From: the human T2T-CHM13v2.0 reference genome, Homo sapiens
DNA length: 64,000 bases
Strand: one strand, 5' to 3'
Assembly: GCF_009914755.1 (NCBI RefSeq)
Contig: NC_060928.1
The notes below the pieces were generated by a model that worked only from the letters and a program-made list of their open reading frames with translations, was not told where the DNA came from and searched no databases. Made by a program: the position numbers and the translations under genes. Shown here piece by piece: positions 42,527 to 57,355 of this stretch (positions within the stretch are counted from its first letter, which is position 1; each line of letters starts with the position of its first letter).

Positions 42527-44572
42527 TGTAGCTAAGTGTTCTCACAGTGGTTCTCCCTCCTGCCTGCCCCCACTTCCCAAACCTCCTCCTCCTTTCTTCC
42601 TTCTCTCACTTTCTTCCTTCTTTCCTTCCATCTCTTTTCCTTCCTTTTTTCTCTTCTGCAAAACTTTTTTCCACCCAGCCAATGCCCCCTTCCTTGCCTC
42701 ACCAGGTGAACTGTTGGTGTTCAGCCATTCAGATGCCATTCGAAACCCTACACTGCTGGAAACAGTTCCTTGGTGTCTCCTGCCTGGATTACTGGGTTGC
42801 ACTCTTCGTCTGTGCTCCCCTAAGTGAGGCTTGTTACATTAATATCATGCTGTGATTGTCCCTTTTCTTGCCTACTTTTGCATCTTTACGGTCCAGTACA
42901 CTGTTTACAACTAGTAGGAGTTGAACATTATTTTTAAACCAATATCAGCTAAATAAATAAGCAACCCAACTTTTTTCTTAGCTTAAGAAAGCAACAGAAG
43001 ACATTTATTTTTTACTCATTACATGTTTACTGAGTGTGGGATTGCTATGTAAATCTTTCTATCAGCAATTGGCTAAGATTCTATAAAATATAATGAAACT
43101 ACATATGTATTTAGGTTTTTGCTGACTTTTCTCCCCTCATCACAACTTAATTTGCCTTTTTCCTCAAGCCATAACTGTAAAACGCACAGAATATTCTACA
43201 TCATTCTTTTGTGTTTTTGAAAAAAGATTCTGCTCTCTTTCTTTTATTGTATTATGTAATATTTTTGTTTGACCACGGACCCTGGGTGGCGGGTATTCTA
43301 AGGAGCTGAGGCCTGATCTAAGGCGAGTGTATTCTGAGATGGATGATTATAAACGTGTCCAAAACCAAGTGACTCATGTTTACACGGGTGGGAACTTGGG
43401 CTAATAGATGTTGGAGGTGGGAGAAAGGAAGGCAATGCTGTAGGTATGTTCTCCTTGATGTGTGAGTACCTCGAACGCTTTTATTGCCAAGATCGTGATG
43501 ATTAGGGAGTTTAAAGGGAAATGTACAAAATGGTCAAAAACACTGTGTTAGGAACAGTCAGTGGGTTTTTTTTTTTTTTTTTTTTACTGTCTTTACTCAG
43601 TTTCATGACAACTGAAGTGCTGTGGTTGGGACAGGATGACATTTTCACTTAGAAAGAGGCTTGTAGACAATAATTACATTCAATACCACAATAGAAATGT
43701 TAGAGATTATTTTCTGTAGCTCATAAATAAAACCAGAAGTGTGACTTGGAGTCTCTAGTTTACCTCTGAGATTTCTGCACAGCGTACAGCATAGTTAGTG
43801 TGACCAAAGTTAGTTCACAGGATATGCCGACCAAGAGAAAGTCATGTCTAACTCTCCAAACTATCTTAAGGTCTTGTATCGAAAATGGCCTTGTGTCTTA
43901 AGCAGTGTCTGACTTTGGGAACAGGTACCTGAGGGGAGGTTAGAGAGAGCAGGCTATGACATGCCTTTAGAGCCCTCATCTGCAAGATGAAGACAATCAA
44001 GGACAGATATCAATTCATTTCAAAGAACTATTTCATGCACTGTGCTGCTTAAAGCACTATGTATTTGTCAGCGAGGTTTGACCAAACTACCTACATGAAA
44101 ATATCACCAAATTATTCATCTGGTGTTTTCCTCTAAAGTTAATACAGTGAAATGATAAAGCAGTTTGGACTTGCCTACAGAAAAAGGATGGCAGAACGAA
44201 CGTGATTATCTGGTGAATTCAGACCTCAAAACTACTTTTTAACAGAAATATCCACAAGCTACATATTTTTTTCTTTAAGAAATACCCTAGAAAGCACCCT
44301 CAGTTGTCAAGTTCCGTCTCCTTGTGGGACTCCTTATACCAAGAACTCCACGTGGAAGGGAACAAACAGGGTGTCTGATGTGAGATGAAATCTCCAGGGC
44401 CACACAAGGGGCCTCATATTGCCCCTGGCCTGCTCACTTGTTTTTCTTGTTTGTTGCTTGCATCAGGTGACTTTCTACAAACCATAGGGCTGTGTTTGCA
44501 CCTGTACTTCCTGAGAAGCCCATGTTCATCTTTTGTAAAAGTGCTGGTGAATTATTTCCTTAAAAGTCTTCT

Positions 44573-45036
44573 GGGTGGGTGCAGTGGCTCACACCTGTCA
44601 TCCAGCACTTTGAGGAGGCTGAGGTGGGATGATTGTTTGAGGTCAGGAGTTCGAGACCAGCCTGGGCAATATGATGAAACCTCATCTCTACTAAAAATAC
44701 AAAAATTAGCCAGTGCGGTGGCACATGCCTGTAATCCCAGCTACTCGGGAGGCTGAGGTGGGAGGATTGCTTGAGCCTGGGGGGTTAAGGCTGCTGTGAG
44801 CTGAGATAGCGCCACTGCACTCTAGCCTAGGTGATAGAGTAAGACTCCGTCTCAACAAATAAAATAAATTAAAAATCAGCCAGGTGTGATGGTGTATGTC
44901 TGTAGTCCCAGCTACTAGGGAGGCCAAGATGAGAGAATCACTTGAGCCCAGGAGTTTGAGGCTACAGTAAGCTGCAATGGCATCACTGCACTCCAGCTTG
45001 CGCGAAAGAGCAAGACTCTGTCTCAAGAAAAAAAAA
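44573..45036 (+). mobile_element. Trimeric Alu (left-right-right arms), J-like
   Basis: Full dimer followed by an A-rich linker and a second right arm; one TSD aaaagtcttct / aaaagttttct around the whole. Confidence 0.9.
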
Positions 45037-45294
45037 AAAAGTTTTCTGTTAGGTTATCTTTTCCCTAATGTACACCATAAATATGTTTGCATGAACTGGA
45101 GGAAAATATGTGGGTACAGAAAAATAGGACAAAAGAGGAAAGAGCTGTTGCACTTCATATATCATGTATGACATGCTGTGAAGTGGAGGAAAGGACTGAC
45201 CTGAAGAGTTTGAACTTAATGGGCACAAAATACAATTTCTGTTTATATTTTAAGAAGGTGTCTGCTCTATAATGGGTAATATGTATACTATCTA

Positions 45295-45440
45295 GTTTAG
45301 TACTCACTAATAGCTATGATGAAAACCGCCTTGGTTGACTTAACCTCTTTAAGTCTCAGTTTTTTCATCCAGAAACTGGGAATAACAATGACCTCATAGC
45401 ATCACTGTGAGAAATTAGTGACACGCAGGACACAAACATC
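45295..45440 (+). mobile_element. MIR
   Basis: gacttaacctctttaagtctcagttttttcatccagaaactgggaataac core. Confidence 0.75.
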
Positions 45441-48400
45441 CTAATGAAGGAGCTGTTAGTTTATACTTTTAAGATGACACCTATTATAAAAATAAATATT
45501 TCTAACTATGTTAAACTCTCTAAATTAACTAAATTGCTTTTCAGCAGATTTCCCTGACATTGCAGGTATTTAGGAGATTGTTTAAAAGCTAGACACCAGT
45601 TTTGAGACATCTAGAGGATAGTGTTATATTTTGCAGCCAATTATGTTCATGCCATCAATGCAAGGCAGATCTGAGGTCTTCCTTGGTAGGTGGGGCATGT
45701 TACTAGGATTTTCTTCTGCAAATTCTGATCCTACCTGCCAGAAATCTTTCATCTGCTGGCCTTTATTATGCTAGTAGAAGCTGTTGTTTACTCAAATCCA
45801 CTGTCCTGCTGAACACTGGAAGTCTTTGCTGTGGCCGTCTTTGCTGCAGGGATACCTCAGTGTGCTTCTCTTCCACGCTCACATCTCTGGTCATCATTGG
45901 TAAATGTCCCTTGAACTTCGTTGTTACATGACTTCCTGTTGTAGGTGGCTTTATCTGTCTTGTTCACAGCACACACTCAGAAAAAAGTGGTATTTTCATT
46001 GAGTGCATGCACTTACGATGATGACCCTATTGAGAATACCTGACTTTCAAATTAGAGAATGTCTAGGAACTTGACTTAGGCAGGTCTCCAGGATCCAAGA
46101 AAGAGTGTTCGATCCTCTAATTCAGTGCTTTTCAAGGAGATTTTCAGCAGTTCCCTAGATGTGTTCTTTGGGATCTGAGAGTTCTCTACCAGCATTTTTC
46201 AATGTTTTTGTTTTGATGTTACCCTAAGCAAATTAGCAGAAGCATATTTTGCATGATCTTGATGGCCGCCTTATAACTGAGCCGCATTTCCAACCTGCTT
46301 CTGGGTTTGTGTTTAAAACTGACCTGGTGCTAACATGAGAGCATGTAGCTTTTGCTGTGCTGGGAAGCATGCTGGTTGCTTTTGAAGTGGCATGAAGTAA
46401 CAATAGCCATGAGGGTCCACCATTATCCTGATGGGAAATTCTTTTTGTAGTTGACGAGACAAAAGTAAACTCCTCTTTGGGATTAAAATTGGCAGTTAGA
46501 AGTACCTTCATTCTTAATGAGCTAGTAAGAAAATAATTCAAGTTGACCTAATTCGTAAAGAATGCCGTCACACCAAATGAAAGCCAGGCAGGTGTCATGG
46601 AGCATGAGGTTTCCATAGCAGGCTGAATATTCCAAGTTAAAGACAAAAGTAAGCAATGGCCAGAAATTTTGACTCATGCTCAGATTATCTATGGATTATA
46701 TGAATGAACGATAACTAGCATTTATTCATTTCCCTCAGTGATTTGATGGTGAAATTGTTGCTGGACTAGACATTCTTTTTAATGTCTGCAAGAATTAAAA
46801 ACTAATTTCAGATGTTATTTTCAAAATAGATTCCAACAGTAATTGAAATTGGTTTACATTTGCAGATTTCAATAATTCTACAATACTTTTCTTATCTTTT
46901 TAAAAGATAACTTAAAAGTTTTTTTAGATTATTTTTCTTTAGAAGTTTCTAGCATACTAAGTTTGAGAACTGCCGCTTGTGCCAAAGATAGGAATAAACC
47001 AACTAAAGGGGACCCTCTGTCCCTTACTTAATTTTGTGGTTTAAAATTGTGGAGCCTTTAGAAATATCTCTTTCTCTGTATTTCCTATTTTTTGGCATAG
47101 AATAATTCTTTTCTTAAAATAAAGACTTCTACAATAGGGAAAGAATGAGAGGATATCCCATATACTCTGGAGGAAGGATTTAGGGGATTAAACACAGACT
47201 TTTGAGAATAAATCGGCTATCAGTCCTCAGAGTAAGACCTATTTCCTAGCAAGTGTGAGCTGGGAAGAAGCCTGTCAGAGACCTTGTCACCTCCTGAAAT
47301 AGCCCATGATCAGAGACACCCATCTGTGACTTTATATCATCATACAGTAAGTTGCTGATAGCAAAGCTTGAATTAGAGCTGCCTGTAATTTAGTCATAGC
47401 TATCAAATTTACTTCTGGTAATAATTTTGTAAATTTTATTGTTATCTTGTATTTTACAGTTATCTCTGAAGTAATTTATGTCTAATAGCATAATTTTAAC
47501 GTAATTAATTACATGGGAATTTAAAGATTCATAGTAAAACAATTTACAGTAGTTTTAACAATCTGTTCCAATTTTTATGCCCTTATATTTTATCGTGAAT
47601 AAAATATGAACATGTCTATGAACATGTCCATACTTTTTAATAAGAAAACGATCTTTAACTTTGTATCATGGTGGAATTTGTAAAAGCTATTGATAGTTTT
47701 GTTCAGACAAAAATTTAAGAATTATAGTAAATAGTTATGATTTGGTTGGATTAAAAATTCTGTAAGATCTGATCTTAGAATCTTAATCTTGCCAATGATG
47801 AAGATTCTAAGTGATGGTGAGGAGTTGTCTGGGAATAGCTGTATGTCATAACAAGCTAAGTTTGTTTATAAAGCATGGTAGAGCTCAAAGGGAAAGCTTT
47901 TATGAAATCTGGCTCTAGCACTTTTTGTCAAAATAAATCAATGAACACAGAAGAAATGAAAGGATCCCTCTGTGTGGTATACTTCCTGCATCATTTGCTT
48001 TGCTTTTCCTATTTTTCTCTTTTCTTCTTTCAACTTTTCTATGCATTCTGCTGCCCCAAAGTGCCACCTTTGTGTGCTTTTATGAATAATTTGTCCTCTT
48101 TCCAAAGCAGGTAGAAGACTCTCATGTATTCAAAATATTTTAATTGAGTATCAAAGTATTTATTGAGTATACTCAATATATTGAGTAACACATAATAGAC
48201 ACTCAATATCTATTGAGTTATGAGCATCCATGTGTTAGAAAGTACAGACATCAACTAAAGAACCCATAGTTCATAGTTCCTGTCTTCAAGGAGCTCAGCG
48301 TATCATGAGAGAAAGAGGCACATAAGAGACCCATTGCATGTGGCAGAGAGGTGGCAACTCTGAGCTCTATCTATGGGAGCACCAAGGACAATACTGCTCA

Positions 48401-48648
48401 CTGGGCCTTGGGAAACCAGGCAAGGCTTCACACTGGATACTGCATTGGACCTCACCTTCTTGGATATACAAGAATTTGGCAAACACACAAAACAGGCGGG
48501 GGATTTCATCCAAAGAGAGGTTTACAGGATGTACAAAAGCATGGACTTTTGAAAGTTTGTGATGTGTCCTGGGAAGTCAATGTGGCACAGTAATTTTGTC
48601 CTTTCTTCATTCCACAAGCAAGAGAGATGAGACCAAGAAGGGAGATAA

Positions 48649-48843
<195 letters not shown>

Positions 48844-50004
48844 TAGGGAGGTAATGTAAACAGAAAGCTAAAGTAAAGAGAAGGGTGGCCAATGACTGGA
48901 CACAGCAGAAACAAAGAAACGAAAAGGACTTTTATTATTGAATGGGAGTTGTAACTGAGATTTATTGAATCCTTGCTATGTAGCAAATACTGCCCTAAAC
49001 ATTTTATTTATTATTTTTTAAATCCTCACTCTTTTAATAAGTACCACTCAATTAATAGTTATTATTAATTTATTTAATTTACGGAAGGCCAATGAGGATC
49101 CAAGAAATGAGGTCTCTTGCCTCCCTCCTCACATATTTGAGATGATGCTGTAAGTGGCAGAATCAAAATTTATGTAACTCTGTAAATGGAGTAGGGAGGC
49201 AAAGCATGCTGGCCACCACAAATGCAAAACAACACCAAGGAAACCAAGAACAACAACATAAACTTTCTCTAGCAGAGCTCAGATGTATTGGTTCAAAGGA
49301 GGCCTGGTTGAAGTCGTTGTAAAGTGTTATGATGAGGTCACAGTAGACCAAGTTCTTCCACCCTTAAGGTTTTGGTTAGAGAGGCATAAAAGCATTCGAG
49401 TTTTATAGTGATATTTGCCCAATGGAAAACTCTTCCCTAGTGGGGGTGATATTAGTTATGGTCTGTGATAAGGGCCCTTGGAGGAAATAAAAGGAAATGT
49501 ATGCACAAGGTCACGCACTGTCATCTTTTGGCATTACTAGTCTCTTCTCTTTTTAGAAATTTTATTCTAAAAAAGAATTATTCTTTCAGTCACATTAGAT
49601 CTCTTTGTTATTCTCCAAGTCACCTTTTCTCTTGTGCTTGTCCTTGGTAAGCAGTATATGTTAATAAGAACACACTCCTTCAGCTGCACCTCTAAGATGT
49701 GTAGACTTACGGGATGCGAGGAGGGGCTGGAAGTACGGGAATGAGGATGGCACTTCTGGATGATGGGAGATGGCCAGGGAACCAAGCAGAGGGGAGCAAG
49801 TGTCTCATTCTCTACTGGAGCAGGGAACAAACAGGCAGCTAGAGGACCCGAAACGTGGGAGGTTGTCCCTAGTGTTAAGAGGGGTGACTTAATTATGTTT
49901 TTTCTTAGTTCAAAGGATGTTTCTTTTAAGTTTAGGCTGAAAGTATAGAGTCTCCTGTATTGGTAGGAAGCCCAATATTGTATCAATTTGAGATCTAGGT
50001 TTGC

Positions 50005-50445
50005 TGGCGTCACATACCGTACACGCCCAGGGCGTGAACCAGGCCTTTGCGGCCAAGTTCTAGGGCGCTTTGGAGACCCGGAACCTCCCGAATGTCAGCG
50101 AGAGGCAGGCGCCAGCCGCTCTGCCCAGGCCTGCCCCGCGCTGCACATGATTCAGTGGGTTGGGGTGAGGTAGGGTGTGGAAGCAACACAGGAATGGGTC
50201 ACGAATAGCAAATAGTCTCTTTCCAAAAGGAGATCATGTACAGACATTGTACTGGGTCTTTGGGAATGCCGCAGGGGATCCTGCGGGAACAGCGAGAAAG
50301 AGGGAGAGAGGGGCTCGCAGTTACAAAAGAAGGTTCGGGTGGCGTTAGGAGGCGGCAGGGACGTAGCTATGCAGGCCGTGCAAAGTAATGATGCAGATGT
50401 GTGTGCCGCGATGTCTTAAGCGTAATTAAAGGTGGACTTCCGCGT
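50005..50445. promoter_or_regulatory. Small CpG-rich unique patch (candidate regulatory element)
   Basis: Local CpG and GC excess in AT-rich surroundings; no repeat family recognised. Confidence 0.35.
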
Positions 50446-52210
50446 TTTCTCAGATTCTTGGTGGTCCAAACAGAAAGGTTAAACAAAACAATTTACATGA
50501 CTTTTACTATTTATAAAAGGAAATACACCAGGATGTCAAATGTTAAAATCACTTTTCATCACAGTTCAAACTGAAACAAAGCAGGAAGAGGCAAAAACTG
50601 CTCAGAGAGGGAGATCAACTAGCGTAGGTGCTTCAAGATACCCCTGTTTTTCTGGCATTTTAGAAATCTTCTAAAGGGATTTTTCTCAGAGTTTGAAAAC
50701 AATACTGTGTTTCCAAGAATGCTAGGAAATTTACTTTAAAAAACACTCAGAAATGTTTTAAAAGATTCCTAACAATCACATTCTGTATATATCGTCAAAT
50801 CTGATTTTACTAGACTCTGACATTTTGGTTACATTAAGGAATCATCCACAATAAAAATATACCATAGATAATGGATTCATAACCACATGGTTTCCATTTG
50901 TTAGTGTTAGTGTACGGAACAAGTGCAGAACAGATAAGGAAAATATACATCTGTGAGGGGGGAATTCTTTTCATGATGCCTGTCACATTCTGAAATGGAA
51001 TGCAGTTAATTTCTCTCCTTCCTCAGCTCGGTAAGTTTATTTTCTTAGAATCTATTCTCTGAGTTAGAACTAGCTCTGATTAAGTGCTATATTGGAAGCA
51101 GCTCAGTGTAGAGCCATGGCTAAAATAGTTGGAAATTATATCCATAGAAAATTCAAATCTGAGAATTAAAAGCAACAACAACTGTAAAGTACTATGGATC
51201 ACTGAGAAAGTGTGTATTCATTTTTGTCTAATGATGAAATGATCCAGCTGCAGGAAGAGTCCACAGAGGACATGCCCGGGCAAAGGCCTTTCATTTTACA
51301 ATTCACATGGAAAGAAATGTGATGAGACCCTGAAAGACAGCTCTGGTTTCATCTGGACCACAATTTAGTTAATGCTATATTACATTGCACTTTGTAGTGA
51401 AATGCAAAAATAAAAGGCACATTTTGTTGGGCTTTAAAAACAATTTTTACACGGACATTCATCGGAAGGTTTCAAAACTTTGATGATTTAAATGCTTTTC
51501 TTTTGAGCTATAATAGAAATCTGATAGTACAATTAACCCAGATTTGTGCTGGCTTGCTTCATCCCATCAAACAATCATAGGGATTATTTACATTTCGAGT
51601 GGGAACATAAATATCTTAAGAAATAGACAAAACAATATGCCCCTTTTTATTGTGAAGTCTAACTCACCTTCATAAAAGTCAACGTATTGAAATATCAATC
51701 AATCCAGCAATTGCTTTTTGTTATGTGCCGCAGTATGGATCCTCAGGGACTCCAGACCGTGTGAGCAACTAACAGGAAACAACACCAGATGTGCTGTATC
51801 AGCCATTGATTTTCATCCCTGATGAATTCAGGTAAAATTGCATCACTGAAATCACTCAAACTACTCTGAAGCCATTTTTAAAAGGCAGCTCTGTTCAGGT
51901 TTGTTGGTTTTAAGTATCAACTTATGTGCACATGCACAGAGGTCCAAAAGGTTAAGCATCTTACGGCTTCTAGGAACTTCATAACATCATCCAGCTTCTC
52001 AAGGAATGGTTTTCCTACACAAGAAGAAATCATAAAATGTAGTCATCTGTAAATATGAGAATTAATCTGTTAAGATTCATAAGTTTATTTTCTTTTGTTA
52101 TAAAATCAAGGAAAAATGACATGCATCACGAATACTGTCAGCAAGAGATACATTTTAGGGTAGGGAATAAATGACTTTGAAAAAGTTATACTACTTTCCT
52201 TGGTTTGTAG

Positions 52211-52731
52211 TGATCGAGTGCAGGAAATGCTTCCCCAAAATATGGCACCTTGGGATCCTGAGTGTTTTAAGCTGAAGGATAATGAGAAACCCCAGATTCT
52301 AGGAAGGTCACTCTCTTACCTTCTCCTGCCTTTCTCCTCTGAGGCCATGAAGAGAGTTCTCTGACCTACGTCCCCTGGAAGAAGGCCGATAAGACCCTCA
52401 CTCCAGATGGGTCCTGCCCTATCCTCAGAGGCCAAGAGGAATCTGAATAAATAGCCCTTGCTAAACCCCCCAGTTAATGACTGTTTGCTCATACCCACTA
52501 TTTGTTCCGTCATCCTCCTACAGGCCGTCTATTCTCCATCAAACCTAAGCATAAAAATACAGTTTTCCCTGGGTCTCTGGGTCTTTACTTCTGAAGGTGT
52601 CCCTGTAACATACAACTTTGGTTAGATACGTTTTTTACGTGTTTCTGTTGTTGATCTGTGTTTTGTTACAGGGGTCTCAGTCATGAACCTTACAATGGGT
52701 AAGGAAAAGATACTACTTTTTCTTCCCTACA
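52211..52731 (+). mobile_element. MER34-family ERV1 solo LTR
   Basis: ccccaaaatatggcaccttgg...ttttaagctgaagga start; gaacct...tcttccctaca end; flanks gtag/gtaa. Confidence 0.8.
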
Positions 52732-52795
52732 GTAAATTTTGAACCTTGGATTTAAACAAAAATTTATAAAATAATATGTTTGATTTGCTTTTGAG

Positions 52796-52797
<2 letters not shown>

Positions 52798-52826
<29 letters not shown>
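52798..52826. repeat. (TA)n microsatellite
   Basis: About 14 perfect TA units. Confidence 0.95.
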
Positions 52827-52833
<7 letters not shown>

Positions 52834-53456
52834 CAAATAAGACTGACTATTAGTATGAAATATTTATCTTGTCAGATTTTTATACACTTGCAAACACATT
52901 TGTAATTTTTTCTGTTAGTACTTTTAACGGAACAGAAAAACAATAGAATACTCAGGGACTTCCCACTTTTGTTGTGTATTTGTTTATGCTTTAACCTTAT
53001 AATAATTTCAAATTACATTACTAGTTTCTCTTTATTTTTACAAAATCATCTTCTGGACAATTCTTTAATTTGAAGACCTTAAATTTTATGCTAGACAGCT
53101 TCCCCCAAGAAGTTCAGTTTTAATATATATTTCACAGTAGTCTGGACTAGGAAAAGAAGTTGCAGGCTATCATGCAATTTCCAGCTCCTTTTGCTACCTT
53201 TCCTTCCTTTTGTTACATTCTACTTTCTTTACACAGCCTCTGTAAGCACAGCAGGTCCTCATGGTCTAACTACCAGCTTCTACAAAGCATGTGACACCAA
53301 TTTTCCAGCACCGAGGAAGCTATAACTTAGTGAACACTCATTCACCCACTGAGGAGCTTGCAGATGAAATGATATTGCACATGCTATGTCTTAGAGGGAG
53401 GCACAGAGCTGGACAGGAAGGACGATGCAGACAATCGCCTCTTCATATTGATTTGA

Positions 53457-53970
<514 letters not shown>

Positions 53971-55397
53971 GAGAAAGAACTTTTAAGAATCAGTTACTTC
54001 ATATTTTACCCTATATTGTACTTCTAGACTTGATAATGTCATGTAATAAACTCCAACAATTCTTCATTTAACTTTGTCTTCCAGGTACACCCAAAGGAAT
54101 AATTCCTTTGGAGGTGAGATTTTCACCTTATGACTGTGGAATTTTAAAGTTCTCTGTAAAAACATCCTATAGGTTGTGCAGTTTTGTATATTTTTTAGGA
54201 TTAATTATTTCCAATCAAAGTATATGTAGAAAGTGTACAAAAATGTAGCCAACTTACTAATATTCTATCTTGAAGAACACTCTTATGAAGGTTATGTATT
54301 TGGTTCGTACTAGGATTAGAGCTTATGTTTGTATGTTGCCAGAGAGAGGGTGCTATGAGTTTTTACACTATGGAGTTGGAAGTATAGTAATTTCATTGTA
54401 TTTACCAAAGCAAAAGAAGATGATGACAATGATAAAGAGGAAGATGAAGAAGGGTGGAAATAAATCAAATCTGCTAATACCTTTACTTCAGTGTGAGGAT
54501 GTTTTCAACAAAATTCTACTTTCCAGATAATTATCTGAATTATCCACTTTAAATTGTAAGTAAATTTAATAAGTTGAGTTCAAATTAATGTTTTTTAAAT
54601 CAGCCACTAGGATAAACCTTTTTACTTTAATATATGATTTATGCCCAGTTTATTCCATGTAAAAATTTAAGTTTCTAGGCCAAAAAATGAAACTTATAAC
54701 TGCTTCCCATATAATCACTCTCAAAAGTGATTTCTGCTATTTATCAATTGAACGTGTTTCTTTCCAGTTTGTATTTAAATCTTGTGCTTATGACATGCAA
54801 TGACAAATCCAATTAGCTGATTTTTCTATAGGTGAAGAAAACCCTGGTTACTTCCAACTATGTGGATGATATGTTAGTGCAATTTGTCTCAACAAAAATG
54901 GCAAAAAAGAAAACAGCCTTCTGAGTAGAGTAGAATACTTTTATTTGGTAGTTGCTGACCTGCCTTTATAGTTTACATCACCTTTTACTTAGGTTTGTGA
55001 CTTGACAGATAGTGAACCTGAGAGAGAGAGAGGGAGCAGGCAACAAGGCAGCAGATTCCACCTTTTATCTCAGGCCACAAATGTGTCATTCCGCTTTTTA
55101 AAAATGCCTGTTTCATTTTGGTGAAACTTCTGATAAAAGCCAAAGAAGTACAATGCCAGTGTTGGAAACAATTCCAATTTTTATTCAAATTATTGATTGC
55201 AAGAGCGTAATTTTTATTGACAGAAAGGAATATAGGTAGTTAGAATAAATTTTAAATTTTGGTATGAAGTTTTCGATGGGATTTAGAATGCAGTTTTTGT
55301 CTCTGCAAAAAGACTTTGGGCTGAATTACACATACTATTTTTAGATCCTCGTTTGAACAGAAAAGATTGTTACTTGGCTGACTCATTATTGAAAAAA

Positions 55398-55725
55398 GTT
55401 TGTGCATGTTTGTGTGTGTGCATGTTTGTGTGTGTGTGCATGTTTGTGTGCATGTTTGTGTGCGTTTGTGTGTGCGTGTTTGTGTGTGCATGTTTGTGTA
55501 TGTGCATGTGTATGTTTGCATGTTTGTGTGTCTGCATGTGTGTGTGCATGTTTGTGCATGTTTGTGTGTGTGCATGTTTGTGTGTATGTGCATGTGTGTG
55601 TGCATGTTTGTGTGTGCATGTGTGTGCATGTTTGTGTGTGTGCATGTTTGTGTGTGTGCATGTTTGTGTGTGTGCATGTTTGTGTGTCTGTGCGTGTGTG
55701 TGTGTGCATGTTTGTGTGTGTGTGT
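55398..55725. repeat. TG-rich minisatellite, unit ~(tgcatgtttgtgtgtg)
   Basis: Directly visible; source of the spurious Cys/Val/His ORFs. Confidence 0.96.
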
Positions 55726-55865
55726 ACTTTTGGACACTGGCACATCTCTCTCTCTTTACAAGCTTCTAGGCCTTAGAACAGGAAAATTCACTTTCTCTAT
55801 TCTATGATTGATTTGGTACCTACCAGTAGAAAAGTGGAATATGATCCTGATTGTTTATCCAGATG

Positions 55866-56219
55866 CAGTTGACGATTGAACAACACAGATGTGAACTGTG
55901 TGGGTGCACTCATAGGCAGACATTTTCAATAAATATATTGGAAAGTTTTTTGGAGATTTGTGACAATTTGAAAAAAACTTGCAGATGAATCATGTAGCCT
56001 AGGAATACTGAAAAAATTAAGAAAAAGTTACATCATTAATGCATAAAATATATGTACATACTAATCTATTTATGTGTTAATCAATTACATTATTGGTAAG
56101 GCTTCCAGTCAATAGTAGGTTATTAGTAAGTAACTTTTTTGGGAGTCCAAAGTGATAGGCTGATTTCTGACTGCATGGGGGTTGGGGCGCCAGCGCCTGC
56201 TTTGTTCAAGGGTCAACTG
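55866..56219 (+). mobile_element. Tigger2a-like (TcMar-Tigger) non-autonomous DNA transposon
   Basis: TIRs cagttgacgattgaacaa / ttgttcaagggtcaactg; internal ggtaaggcttccagtcaatagtagg. Confidence 0.88.
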
Positions 56220-56220
56220 G

Positions 56221-57355
<1,135 letters not shown>

